From positions 1,733,200 through 1,797,199 of the forward strand of contig OY762428.1 in assembly GCA_963665665.1 (NCBI GenBank): DNA of 64,000 bases, in the 5' to 3' direction. Below, one piece after another: positions 19,097-28,689 of this stretch; position 1 is the stretch's first letter; every line of letters begins with the position of its first letter. Source of the DNA: Candidatus Kapaibacterium sp. GTDB taxonomy: Bacteria; Bacteroidota; Ignavibacteria; Kapaibacteriales; UBA2268. Both the position numbers and the translations under genes were made by a program. The notes under the pieces were generated by a model. The model made no database searches and was not told the DNA's origin. It saw only the letters and a list, made by a program, of their open reading frames with translations.

Positions 19097-19366
19097 GTAT
19101 TCGGGGCTTGCCGACAGGTAACAAACACGGCGTTACCGGCAGGCGGATATAAATAAAAGCCGTGAACAATAACTTTATGAACAAAGTTCAAAAAGAGAAG
19201 CATGAAAATGTTTCCGAAGCAAAACAGGATTTTCTGAAAAAACAGGAGATCATCAGAAAGCAGATCAAAGCCCGATGGGGCGAAAGGGATGAACGGCTTC
19301 CTTTAAAAAAAACAGCGATTTAAGGTGAAATAATCTTAACTTGCAAAAAATCAAAAGGAGCATCAA

Positions 19367-19654
19367 ATGGCAAACAAACGAAGAAATTACAGTTCAAAAT
19401 TCAAAATGCAGGTAGCCCTGGAGGCAGTCCAAGAGAGAAAAACAATAACCGAGCTGGCATCGGAGTACGGGGTTCATCCAAACCAGATAAGCATGTGGAA
19501 AAAGCATTTAAAAGAAAGTGAAAAGGAAGTATTTGAAAACAAGCGTGGGCCAGGGAAGAATAAAAAAGAAAAAGACGAATCAGTATTATATGAAGAAATA
19601 GGCCGGCTAAAAATTGAATTAGACTGGTTAAAAAAAAAATTGGGACGTGAGTAA
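19367..19654 (+). CDS. IS3 transposase OrfA
   Basis: Protein identical to copy 1 OrfA. Confidence 0.85.
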   Translation: MANKRRNYSSKFKMQVALEAVQERKTITELASEYGVHPNQISMWKKHLKESEKEVFENKRGPGKNKKEKDESVLYEEIGRLKIELDWLKKKLGRE

Positions 19655-20492
19655 AGAAGAACGCAGGAAGATGGTAGATGCTGATAATAAAGAAATTAGC
19701 ATAAGCCGGCAGTGCGAGCTTTTGGGTATTAGCAGGAGCTGTTATTATTACAAACCCAAGGGTGAAAGTGAAGCAAATATTCTATATATGAAGCTGATCA
19801 AAGAACAATTCGCGATTACTCCATTTTATGGAGCCAGAAAAATGACAGCACACTTACGTTCTTTGGGATACCATGTTAACTATAAACGAATCAGGCGATT
19901 AATGAAATTATTGGGACTTCGGGCAATATATCCCCAACCGGACACGAGCAAACCGAACAAGGAGCACAAAATTTATCCATACCTGTTGAGGGATATGAAA
20001 ATAAGTCGTCCGGATCAGGTTTGGAGCCTGGATATAACATATATTCCGATGCGTAAAGGATTTATGTATCTTATAGCAATTATAGATGTTTATAGCAGGT
20101 ATATCGTCGACTGGGAATTATCGAATAACCTTGAGAAGGAGTTCTGCATAGATACAATAAAAAGGTCTTTGAAAACCAGGAAACCGGAAATAACAAACAC
20201 GGATCAGGGCAGTCAGTTCACGAGCAATGATTTTGTGAAAACGATTCTGGATGCTGATGTTAAGGTAAGCATGGACGGCAAGGGCCGCGCCTTGGACAAT
20301 GTTTACATAGAACGCTTCTGGCGGAGCTTTAAATACGAAGACCTGTATCTGAAGTCTTACGAAGACGGAAAAGAGCTCTATGGCGGTATAAAGGCTTATG
20401 TCGATTGGTATAACAACACGAGGCCGCACGCAGGAATTGAATACCAGATTCCGGCTGAAAAATATATGAACGAACAGCGGTTCGTTAATTGA
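19647..20492 (+). CDS. IS3 transposase OrfB
   Basis: Protein identical to copy 1 OrfB. Confidence 0.85.
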   Translation: MSKEERRKMVDADNKEISISRQCELLGISRSCYYYKPKGESEANILYMKLIKEQFAITPFYGARKMTAHLRSLGYHVNYKRIRRLMKLLGLRAIYPQPDTSKPNKEHKIYPYLLRDMKISRPDQVWSLDITYIPMRKGFMYLIAIIDVYSRYIVDWELSNNLEKEFCIDTIKRSLKTRKPEITNTDQGSQFTSNDFVKTILDADVKVSMDGKGRALDNVYIERFWRSFKYEDLYLKSYEDGKELYGGIKAYVDWYNNTRPHAGIEYQIPAEKYMNEQRFVN

Positions 20493-20857
20493 AAACTTTG
20501 TTGGAAAAGTGAAAAAATGCAATCCGGTAAGCAATTGATAAAAAAAGAAATAGAAAGGAGAGTGAAAGTTATCCACAATTTCCAGGTTGTTAACAAAAAG
20601 AAAAAAAAGTAGCAAAAAAAAGAAAAATTAATATTATTACATATTTTTTTCTTATTTTATTAGAGAAGAAGTATAGATTAATAAACACCATAAACTATAC
20701 TTTTATTTGTCTAAGCAATAGGGAGCATTTCACTCAGCAGATCTGTGGAATTTCATTACAAAAGATAATTTAACAGCAGAAGATTCTTTTGGATTTACAA
20801 CACCAAGGAGCCTATCAAAATCAATTAGAAAAAAAGATTAGAAAAGGATAATCGAAA

Positions 20858-21232
20858 ATGATATCAAAAAAAATTATATTTTGTATAATATTCATCATAG
20901 TAAATATGGCAAAATTAGCATCAACAGATAATCTTAATGAAGATTACATTGGTATTTGTAAAATATCAAAAGACACAATCAGAATTGATTATTTTAGTTC
21001 TGTGCATGGTATTTCAAAAGTTTGTACTAAAATTAACGGTGATACACTAAACCTTAATCTTTTAGTAAGAGTTGGCAAGAAGCAAGATAGTCATTTCATT
21101 AAAATAAATGAAAATATAAAAGTTATATCAACTGGAAATATTAAATATTATGTTAATGATTTGGATTCATGTGGACAATTATATGAGGGAATTGATGCAA
21201 TAGAATATCTAAAAAAGCAAAGAACTGAATAA
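20858..21232 (+). CDS. Small secreted hypothetical protein
   Basis: 124-aa ORF with an N-terminal hydrophobic signal-like segment. Confidence 0.35.
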   Translation: MISKKIIFCIIFIIVNMAKLASTDNLNEDYIGICKISKDTIRIDYFSSVHGISKVCTKINGDTLNLNLLVRVGKKQDSHFIKINENIKVISTGNIKYYVNDLDSCGQLYEGIDAIEYLKKQRTE

Positions 21233-21417
21233 TTTATTATCCACTTTATCCCCCCGCCCTTCGGGGCGGGGATATATAAAGATCAATAACTGATGTATCC
21301 TTAATCATAAGAAAAAAGAGTTAAGGAATGGAGGATTGTTAAGGTTAAATGTTAGAGTTAACATCCACTGCTAAATCATTGGTTATTTTAATTTACTAAT
21401 TAATTTTGGAGGTTGCC

Positions 21418-22023
21418 ATGAAATCAGGCAAAGGAATTTTTATTGTTCTTGCAGTAATTTTGTTTTCGTATTTAAACATGCAGGCTGACTGTTATTATCC
21501 CTACCAGCAGTATTCATTCACCGGAAATTATGACGGTTGTGAATATATCTGCTACATTTGTTCAAAAACTGATTCGACATATCCGTTTGATCAGACATCA
21601 TATATCGATAGGATCGAAGTTTTGAATATTAACTGTTCCGACATGTTTGAAGATCCCTTATTCTGGGAAGAAGTAAATGAGAATGTTCTGTTAACTTTAA
21701 TGAATGATGCAAGCTGGCCGCCCTGCAGTAATGAAACTTATGAGTTTCTTATAAAAAGCGCACGATGCTGGAAGATTATTCATGACCATGTCGATAATAT
21801 GCTCACAATGAAAAATTGCGGGTATGATGCTTATTGCCTCAGTACTTATGAAGTATGTACCGATTATAACAAAAATCCGCCGGAAAACAAATGGACAATG
21901 ATTGGTAAATCAGTTATTAGTACTCCGGGATGTTCCGGAAACGGAGTTCCCGATTTACCTCCTTCGGGCAAAACCTGGAGTCAGGATTGGGAAACAGACT
22001 GCTTTATATTAGATTGCTATTAA
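21418..22023 (+). CDS. Cysteine-rich secreted hypothetical protein
   Basis: ATG at 21418 is preceded by GGAGG. The protein has a signal peptide and many Cys residues. Confidence 0.4.
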   Translation: MKSGKGIFIVLAVILFSYLNMQADCYYPYQQYSFTGNYDGCEYICYICSKTDSTYPFDQTSYIDRIEVLNINCSDMFEDPLFWEEVNENVLLTLMNDASWPPCSNETYEFLIKSARCWKIIHDHVDNMLTMKNCGYDAYCLSTYEVCTDYNKNPPENKWTMIGKSVISTPGCSGNGVPDLPPSGKTWSQDWETDCFILDCY

Positions 22024-22092
22024 TTTATTAATTTTCGTCATCCATCCGTATATTTGTACGGATGGATGATTTATTATTATTTTGGTTAGACT

Positions 22093-24327
22093 ATGAAAAG
22101 ATTAATCCTTTTATTCGCTTCGATTATTTTTATTACATCGCAAGCACAATCTGAACTTGTATTTGACTATCAAAGATTGGATATCAATTACACCGCAGTT
22201 ATTCATAAATACAATAATGTTTTCTTCTCAGGAAATTCGAATATCATAACGAGATATAACAAAGCATTACAGAAATGGAATCATATTAAAGTTGGGAAAA
22301 AAGATATTGATATTATAACTATAAAGGATTCTGATCAATCTCTTTACGGAATCTTCAAGCACCAATATATTTTTAAACTTGATATTAATGGAACGCCCCT
22401 GCAAATTGAAAATATTTCGGATACATCGACTAAGTTTTTAGATGTTCAATATCACTTAGGCAAATACTATATATTATGCAGGGATAAACTTATTGAACTT
22501 GATTCCGGATTTTCGTTTGTTCGGGATATTGAATTGCCTGAGGAAATAGAAGTATTGGAACTAACAGTGTTCGATGAAGCAATGATTATCGGAACAACTA
22601 ATGGTAAACTGCTTGTTTTTGAAGGGCAGGTTAACAGCAGTCCTGATATAATCGATTTAAATAGTATGCAATTATGCGAGCCTGATGCCAGGGTACATAA
22701 ATTTATTGAAAGTGATAACGAGCTTTACCTGATAATTGGTTCAAAGATATATTCAAGCGGCGATCTGGAATCTTTCAGGCCGCATGAAACCAATAATTTG
22801 AACTATAATGTTAATCATGGCAAAGTTTTTACTTTTTCAGTTGGTGGAAACGAGTTAAATCAATGTTCCTTTCACGTGTATGAAAATCAGGAACCTGTCC
22901 TGGTTAACAGGGGAAAGCTTGACAGATATGTAGAACAAATAAACGTATTGAACTTCTACTTTGTTGATTATAACATTATTTATGCTGTTGGCTCCAATAA
23001 CCTGATCCTGCGTTCAACGGACAGGGGAGGAACCTGGAAAGTAATATCATTTCTGAAACCTTATTACAAGTCTTCCTGGATAAGTGATGAAACAGGTTTT
23101 ATATATGCTGATGACGGTATTTTCATAAAAACGACAAACGGCGGTATTACATGGCAGCCACAATTAAATACATGGGTAAGCCTAAAGAAATTTAACCGCA
23201 AAACAACCTGCAACTTTGACCAGGATGGTAGATGTGTGATGTTCAGAGGATATGTTCAGGGTAGCGATCCGCATGCAGTTATTTCAAAAGACAGCTGTAA
23301 TACTTTTGAATACAAGAGAATTAATGAAATATCATCCTATGGGTTTGTTGATTTGCAGGCTCCGATAGTCAGAACAGAAGATGAATATAAGCTTTTTTAT
23401 CCCGGAAGGCACGGGCAAATGACTTATACTCTTATTTATACTCTTGACCTTGAGTTGAATTATAAAAACAAAGAGTTACTGGATGCAATCCATATCTTTG
23501 ATATTAAAAGCTATAAAGACGGTTGGCTTGCATTAGCCAAGGATTTTAAATATACAGACCTATACAGTCCTGATACAAATGTATACCATGTTATGTATTC
23601 TGATTACCCGGGCGTGGAATGGGATACCCTTCTGACGGTTAATCTTATGGATACTATTGCCCGAAATATAAACATTTTTGGTGATCAGGTTTTTCTGAAT
23701 GGTCATGTATTTAATCCTCTCCCTGATACATCAAGATATGTCCTTTATTTGCTTGATCCGGAGTATTCCACATATAAATCAATTCGTGTTGATTATGAAT
23801 CAACTTATAATAAAGTTTTTAAAACAGGCAATTATTATGTAACCGGCGGAAATAATTGCCTGTTGTATTGCGAGGATATTGAGAATAACCCTGAACATTG
23901 GGAAAAAACCACGGTAGAAGGGTATAATATCTTTTATTTAATGGGTAAAGGCAACAATTCAATGTACGCCTATACTTATGATGGGCATTATTTAAAATTC
24001 ACTTTCCAAAAGGAAACCTCGGTTGAAGATATAAGTGTTGAAAAAGTCAAAATGTATAGCTATCCTCCCTATCCTCAACCGGCGAATTATTCCGTGAAAT
24101 TTGAAATTTTCTGGGACAGCCGCTATAATCTTGAAAATGCAGCAATCGCAGTTCATGATTACATGGGCAGGGTTGTAAGCCGCCCCGGTGAAATTAGTAT
24201 TGATAAGTTAAACAATTACCAGGGCTATCTAAATTGGAACTGTTCCAAAACGTCCAACGGCGTATATTTCATTACTATTAATAATGCAGGTACTGTAAAG
24301 ACTGTTCCTGTTGTTGTTGACAGATAG
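22093..24327 (+). CDS. Secreted BNR-repeat protein with T9SS C-terminal sorting domain
   Basis: BNR motifs STDRGGTWKV and TTNGGITWQP, a signal peptide, and a C-terminus (NGVYFITINNAGTVKTVPVVVDR) typical of a T9SS CTD. Confidence 0.6.
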   Translation: MKRLILLFASIIFITSQAQSELVFDYQRLDINYTAVIHKYNNVFFSGNSNIITRYNKALQKWNHIKVGKKDIDIITIKDSDQSLYGIFKHQYIFKLDINGTPLQIENISDTSTKFLDVQYHLGKYYILCRDKLIELDSGFSFVRDIELPEEIEVLELTVFDEAMIIGTTNGKLLVFEGQVNSSPDIIDLNSMQLCEPDARVHKFIESDNELYLIIGSKIYSSGDLESFRPHETNNLNYNVNHGKVFTFSVGGNELNQCSFHVYENQEPVLVNRGKLDRYVEQINVLNFYFVDYNIIYAVGSNNLILRSTDRGGTWKVISFLKPYYKSSWISDETGFIYADDGIFIKTTNGGITWQPQLNTWVSLKKFNRKTTCNFDQDGRCVMFRGYVQGSDPHAVISKDSCNTFEYKRINEISSYGFVDLQAPIVRTEDEYKLFYPGRHGQMTYTLIYTLDLELNYKNKELLDAIHIFDIKSYKDGWLALAKDFKYTDLYSPDTNVYHVMYSDYPGVEWDTLLTVNLMDTIARNINIFGDQVFLNGHVFNPLPDTSRYVLYLLDPEYSTYKSIRVDYESTYNKVFKTGNYYVTGGNNCLLYCEDIENNPEHWEKTTVEGYNIFYLMGKGNNSMYAYTYDGHYLKFTFQKETSVEDISVEKVKMYSYPPYPQPANYSVKFEIFWDSRYNLENAAIAVHDYMGRVVSRPGEISIDKLNNYQGYLNWNCSKTSNGVYFITINNAGTVKTVPVVVDR

Positions 24328-24390
24328 AGTAGTGATAAGCAGGACGTTCCAGAAATAAATATTAGTTTACATAAGATAGATTATAATGCA

Positions 24391-24420
24391 AAATCCGGGA
24401 AGATTTTTCCGGATTTTGTT
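24391..24420 (+). terminator. Rho-independent terminator
   Basis: Hairpin tccgggaagatttttccgga followed by a T-run, downstream of the 744-aa gene. Confidence 0.6.
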
Positions 24421-24988
24421 CGTTTTGTGGCCGCCGTTGACGCATGCCGACGGCCAGCGGCAGCCAACTACGAAAAATGACGAGCTGCGACGCAAAAATT
24501 ACTCTCCGGAGAGAATTCCTTCATAAATTAGTCGTTTTCAGGAAAAATTTCCGGAAATTGTCCCATCCCAGAGGCTATTTCTAAAAACGACCGCCATAAA
24601 TCGCTTCTAAGGGGTTTTTATTTTTAGATTCGGTTGATGTATGGTAATTTTTGAAACGAGGCATCGCTTGACAACAATCTTATAATGATGTAATGTTTGC
24701 TAATGTTCTTTTTACAATAATATAATAGGTGTACAATGTATTCTAAAAATAATTCTCAATCAAATTCAAATTATGGCATTTGGTTTGTGATAATAGCATT
24801 AGTTTCAATAAACATCATTGCTTTTGGTTTTTTATCCTATTACCTTTCTTACTGGTTTATTGTTTTAGTTTCAATCCAATTTCTTTATTTTTCTTTTTTT
24901 AAAAGGAAATCTGAACGGCTTCCTTTAAAAAAAACAGCGATTTAAGGTGAAATAATCTTAACTTGCAAAAAATCAAAAGGAGCATCAA

Positions 24989-25276
24989 ATGGCAAACAAA
25001 CGAAGAAATTACAGTTCAAAATTCAAAATGCAGGTAGCCCTGGAGGCAGTCCAAGAGAGAAAAACAATAACCGAGCTGGCATCGGAGTACGGGGTTCATC
25101 CAAACCAGATAAGCATGTGGAAAAAGCATTTAAAAGAAAGTGAAAAGGAAGTATTTGAAAACAAGCGTGGGCCAGGGAAGAATAAAAAAGAAAAAGACGA
25201 ATCAGTATTATATGAAGAAATAGGCCGGCTAAAAATTGAATTAGACTGGTTAAAAAAAAAATTGGGACGTGAGTAA
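24989..25276 (+). CDS. IS3 transposase OrfA
   Basis: Protein identical to copy 1 OrfA. Confidence 0.85.
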   Translation: MANKRRNYSSKFKMQVALEAVQERKTITELASEYGVHPNQISMWKKHLKESEKEVFENKRGPGKNKKEKDESVLYEEIGRLKIELDWLKKKLGRE

Positions 25277-26114
25277 AGAAGAACGCAGGAAGATGGTAGA
25301 TGCTGATAATAAAGAAATTAGCATAAGCCGGCAGTGCGAGCTTTTGGGTATTAGCAGGAGCTGTTATTATTACAAACCCAAGGGTGAAAGTGAAGCAAAT
25401 ATTCTATATATGAAGCTGATCAAAGAACAATTCGCGATTACTCCATTTTATGGAGCCAGAAAAATGACAGCACACTTACGTTCTTTGGGATACCATGTTA
25501 ACTATAAACGAATCAGGCGATTAATGAAATTATTGGGACTTCGGGCAATATATCCCCAACCGGACACGAGCAAACCGAACAAGGAGCACAAAATTTATCC
25601 ATACCTGTTGAGGGATATGAAAATAAGTCGTCCGGATCAGGTTTGGAGCCTGGATATAACATATATTCCGATGCGTAAAGGATTTATGTATCTTATAGCA
25701 ATTATAGATGTTTATAGCAGGTATATCGTCGACTGGGAATTATCGAATAACCTTGAGAAGGAGTTCTGCATAGATACAATAAAAAGGTCTTTGAAAACCA
25801 GGAAACCGGAAATAACAAACACGGATCAGGGCAGTCAGTTCACGAGCAATGATTTTGTGAAAACGATTCTGGATGCTGATGTTAAGGTAAGCATGGACGG
25901 CAAGGGCCGCGCCTTGGACAATGTTTACATAGAACGCTTCTGGCGGAGCTTTAAATACGAAGACCTGTATCTGAAGTCTTACGAAGACGGAAAAGAGCTC
26001 TATGGCGGTATAAAGGCTTATGTCGATTGGTATAACAACACGAGGCCGCACGCAGGAATTGAATACCAGATTCCGGCTGAAAAATATATGAACGAACAGC
26101 GGTTCGTTAATTGA
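25269..26114 (+). CDS. IS3 transposase OrfB
   Basis: Protein identical to copy 1 OrfB. Confidence 0.85.
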   Translation: MSKEERRKMVDADNKEISISRQCELLGISRSCYYYKPKGESEANILYMKLIKEQFAITPFYGARKMTAHLRSLGYHVNYKRIRRLMKLLGLRAIYPQPDTSKPNKEHKIYPYLLRDMKISRPDQVWSLDITYIPMRKGFMYLIAIIDVYSRYIVDWELSNNLEKEFCIDTIKRSLKTRKPEITNTDQGSQFTSNDFVKTILDADVKVSMDGKGRALDNVYIERFWRSFKYEDLYLKSYEDGKELYGGIKAYVDWYNNTRPHAGIEYQIPAEKYMNEQRFVN

Positions 26115-26614
26115 AAACTTTGTTGGAAAAGTGAAAAAATGTAATCCGGTAAGCAATTGATAAAAAAAGAAATAGAAAGGAGAGTGAAAGTTATCCACAA
26201 TTTCCAGGTTGTTAACAAAAAGAAAAAAAAGTAGCAAAAAAAAGAAAAATTAATATTATTACATATTTTTTTCTTATTTTATTAGAGAAGAAGTATAGAT
26301 TAATAAACACCATAAACTATACTTTTATTTGTCTAAGCAATAGGGAGCATTTCATACTATATCGAGATTGATATAAAAACAATGAAGATCATCAATTATG
26401 ATTACGACCAAAAAGAAAATTTTGACCTAAACCAGTTAAACAAAGGGCCGACTCAAATAATATTTTTAACAAAAGGCCAGTACAACAAATTTGTTGGCCG
26501 CCTTGCAGAATAATATCCGCAACCAAATCGAAAGATTAAATAATTATATAACTACTGATTTTACTGCCAATATCGCTTTGGGCTCAGGCTATCAATAAAA
26601 TTTCTCCTTTTTTT

Positions 26615-26729
26615 GGGTTACTTTTATTATGAGGCAACGATATTTTTTCTATTTTGATGGGTTACATTTTTTATGAGGCAACGACATTTTTAAAAAATAT
26701 TTATGGTTACATTTTTTATGAGGCAATTC
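26615..26729. repeat. Three direct repeats of about 26 bp (GGTTACATTTTTTATGAGGCAACGA) at about 44-bp spacing
   Basis: Repeat units at 26615, 26658 and 26703. Confidence 0.7.
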
Positions 26730-26774
26730 GTCCTCTAACCAAATCCACCTCCCCCCCTCTTTCCTATTCCAAAA

Positions 26775-26792
26775 TATTTTGTATATTCAGGA
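26775..26792 (+). promoter_or_regulatory. Conserved island motif ATATTTTGTATATTCAGG (copy 1 of 4)
   Basis: The same 15-18-mer recurs at 28006, 30234 and 31327, each time upstream of a gene unit. It resembles the Bacteroidetes -7 element TAnnTTTG. Confidence 0.4.
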
Positions 26793-26829
26793 GTGATTCT
26801 GGAATTGCTTTTCGGCTGCATTTAATCCT

Positions 26830-27525
26830 GTGGGCAATTACAGGCAAATATATAATATGAGTTTGATTAAATTTGCGGATCAAAAAATGGAAAAATCTGA
26901 AAAATTTGAAGATATTTACTCCTCGCCGAATAATGCGCCGTGGACATACCCGGAAATCCCCGCTGAGTTTTACGATCTGATCGAAAAGAAGATAATCACG
27001 CCGCCGGGAAAAGTCCTTGAGATGGGCTGTGGCGAAGGACACATCTCAATTTTCCTGGCAAAACTCGGATTCGATGTTACCGCCATCGACCGCTCCGCTA
27101 ATGCAATCAAATTTGCCATGCAGAATGCAAACGCTCAGGACGCAACAGTCGATTTCAGAACCGGGGAATTTCATGAAATAGATCATTATAATGAAAGATT
27201 TGATTTTATCTTTGACTGGAGATTCCTGCACGAGATTTGCGATGAGCCCCTGCGTGAAAAGTATATTCAATCAATAACTAAGCTGCTTAAGCCGGAAGGG
27301 ATATATCTATCTGTATCATTTAGTGGTGATTCCGATTTCATGGGTTCCGGCAAACTCAGGACGTCGCCTGCAGGAATCGAGATATATTTCTCACCCCTTA
27401 CCGATTTACAGAGTTTAGTTGGAAATTATCTTCAGGTTCTGGATTCAGGAATAATCATTGTACCCCAGAAACCCGACCTAAAGATAAAATCAAACTATAT
27501 TCTTGCTAAGAAGGTAAAATATTGA
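26830..27525 (+). CDS. Class I SAM-dependent methyltransferase (TPMT/TehB-like)
   Basis: Motif I is VLEMGCGEGHISIFLAKLGFDVTAIDRS. The start is probably an internal Met (MSLIKF or MEKSEKF). Confidence 0.6.
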   Translation: MGNYRQIYNMSLIKFADQKMEKSEKFEDIYSSPNNAPWTYPEIPAEFYDLIEKKIITPPGKVLEMGCGEGHISIFLAKLGFDVTAIDRSANAIKFAMQNANAQDATVDFRTGEFHEIDHYNERFDFIFDWRFLHEICDEPLREKYIQSITKLLKPEGIYLSVSFSGDSDFMGSGKLRTSPAGIEIYFSPLTDLQSLVGNYLQVLDSGIIIVPQKPDLKIKSNYILAKKVKY

Positions 27526-27558
27526 AGAATTGGAGGATGATTTATTTAATGAGAATTA

Positions 27559-27903
27559 TTGAATGGTAATTATATGGCAAATCGTTGGGGAATACCAAAG
27601 GATGTTGAAGAAATTGTAAGAAAAAGAGATACTGCATGTGTTTATTGCGGAGTAAAATTTTCGAATGATAACACTACTCGGGCAAGCAAACCATCATGGG
27701 AACATATAATAAATGACATTAGAATAAATGGTACAGATAATATTGCTCTTTGTTGTATATCCTGTAACGCAAGTAAGGGCGCTAAATTGCTTGAGGATTG
27801 GCTTGCATGTGATTACTGCAAGAAAAAAAATATTACGGTTGATTCTGTTGCAGAAGTAGTAAGAATGGCATTACTGCAACCACCAGGATTGAAAAACAAA
27901 TAA
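27559..27903 (+). CDS. HNH endonuclease
   Basis: Motifs CVYCGVKF...WEHIINDIRINGTDNIALCCISCNASKG (C-x2-C...H...N...C-x2-C). Confidence 0.65.
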   Translation: MNGNYMANRWGIPKDVEEIVRKRDTACVYCGVKFSNDNTTRASKPSWEHIINDIRINGTDNIALCCISCNASKGAKLLEDWLACDYCKKKNITVDSVAEVVRMALLQPPGLKNK

Positions 27904-28005
27904 ACCCAACACAAGATATAGTTAACAAGGGTTTAAGCGGTTAGCGCAATTTTATCTCCCGCTTTAGCTTTATCGTATAGAGCTGATATTTTTACAATTA
28001 TTTTT

Positions 28006-28023
28006 ATATTTTGTATATTCAGG
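28006..28023 (+). promoter_or_regulatory. Conserved island motif (copy 2)
   Basis: atattttgtatattcagg lies 96 bp upstream of the 28119 gene. Confidence 0.4.
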
Positions 28024-28118
28024 GGGTTGATAAATAGAAGTTGCTTTAATCGGGTCAACTAATTATTTCTGTTATCGATATTTGTTTCGTTTTTAAAACA
28101 ACTGGAGAATCATAGATT

Positions 28119-28592
28119 ATGAATTATTTAATAATCACAATTTTGTTATTCAGTTTAACTGTTGGAGCTTTTGGGCGGGAAGAAACCATTGAAATTAAAC
28201 TAAATGAAAATTACGTCCTGATTCTAACAAAAATACCCTTTGACCCCCAGAAACATTCCATCAGGGATATCGGTAATTATACTTACATCATCGACGAAAA
28301 ACCGATATTTGGAAACGACGGGCATTTGCCGAGATTTGAATTGATTAATGCTCAACTTCAATTTGACGGAAAAAGTGTGAAATTGGATACAGATTCAATG
28401 TTCGAACCCTGGTTTGAAAAAAATATCAAAAAAGAAAGCTTTAAAATTAAATACGATGAGGCAGGACTAAAACTTTCAGGTTTATTTTCTGACGGAGCAG
28501 GTCTTTATGGGGCTGAATGGTTGATAGTTGACACTGTAAGTATTAGAACGATTATTACCAAAGATGAAGAAGTTTTGTTTGAATATTTTTAA
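28119..28592 (+). CDS. Secreted hypothetical protein
   Basis: 157-aa ORF with a signal peptide. A hairpin (ctcagtttac...gtaactgag) lies downstream. Confidence 0.4.
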   Translation: MNYLIITILLFSLTVGAFGREETIEIKLNENYVLILTKIPFDPQKHSIRDIGNYTYIIDEKPIFGNDGHLPRFELINAQLQFDGKSVKLDTDSMFEPWFEKNIKKESFKIKYDEAGLKLSGLFSDGAGLYGAEWLIVDTVSIRTIITKDEEVLFEYF

Positions 28593-28689
28593 CAATATTC
28601 TCAGTTTACTATATTGTAACTGAGATAATGCAACCGATGTTCGAGTTGGAAAAACAGCAAATAATATTTAATCAATTTGAAATATATAC

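Larger units (their letters stand above)
19290..20732 (+). mobile_element. IS3-family insertion sequence, copy 2 (identical to copy 1)
   Basis: 1443 bp with the same termini as copy 1. orfA is 19367-19654 and orfB is 19647-20492. Confidence 0.85.
24912..26354 (+). mobile_element. IS3-family insertion sequence, copy 3 (one SNP relative to copies 1 and 2)
   Basis: 1443 bp. The only difference from copies 1 and 2 is T instead of C near 26141. Confidence 0.85.

Noticed and set aside
24650-24700. TTGACA...TATAAT-like hexamers upstream of 24736
   Set aside because: The spacing between the hexamers is about 7 bp, not 16-18. Bacteroidota promoters also use a different consensus.
24736-24945. 69-aa ORF (two hydrophobic segments) whose last residues are encoded by the left end of IS copy 3
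   Set aside because: It could be a small membrane-protein gene truncated by the IS insertion, but it is AT-rich and low-complexity with no support. Left uncalled.
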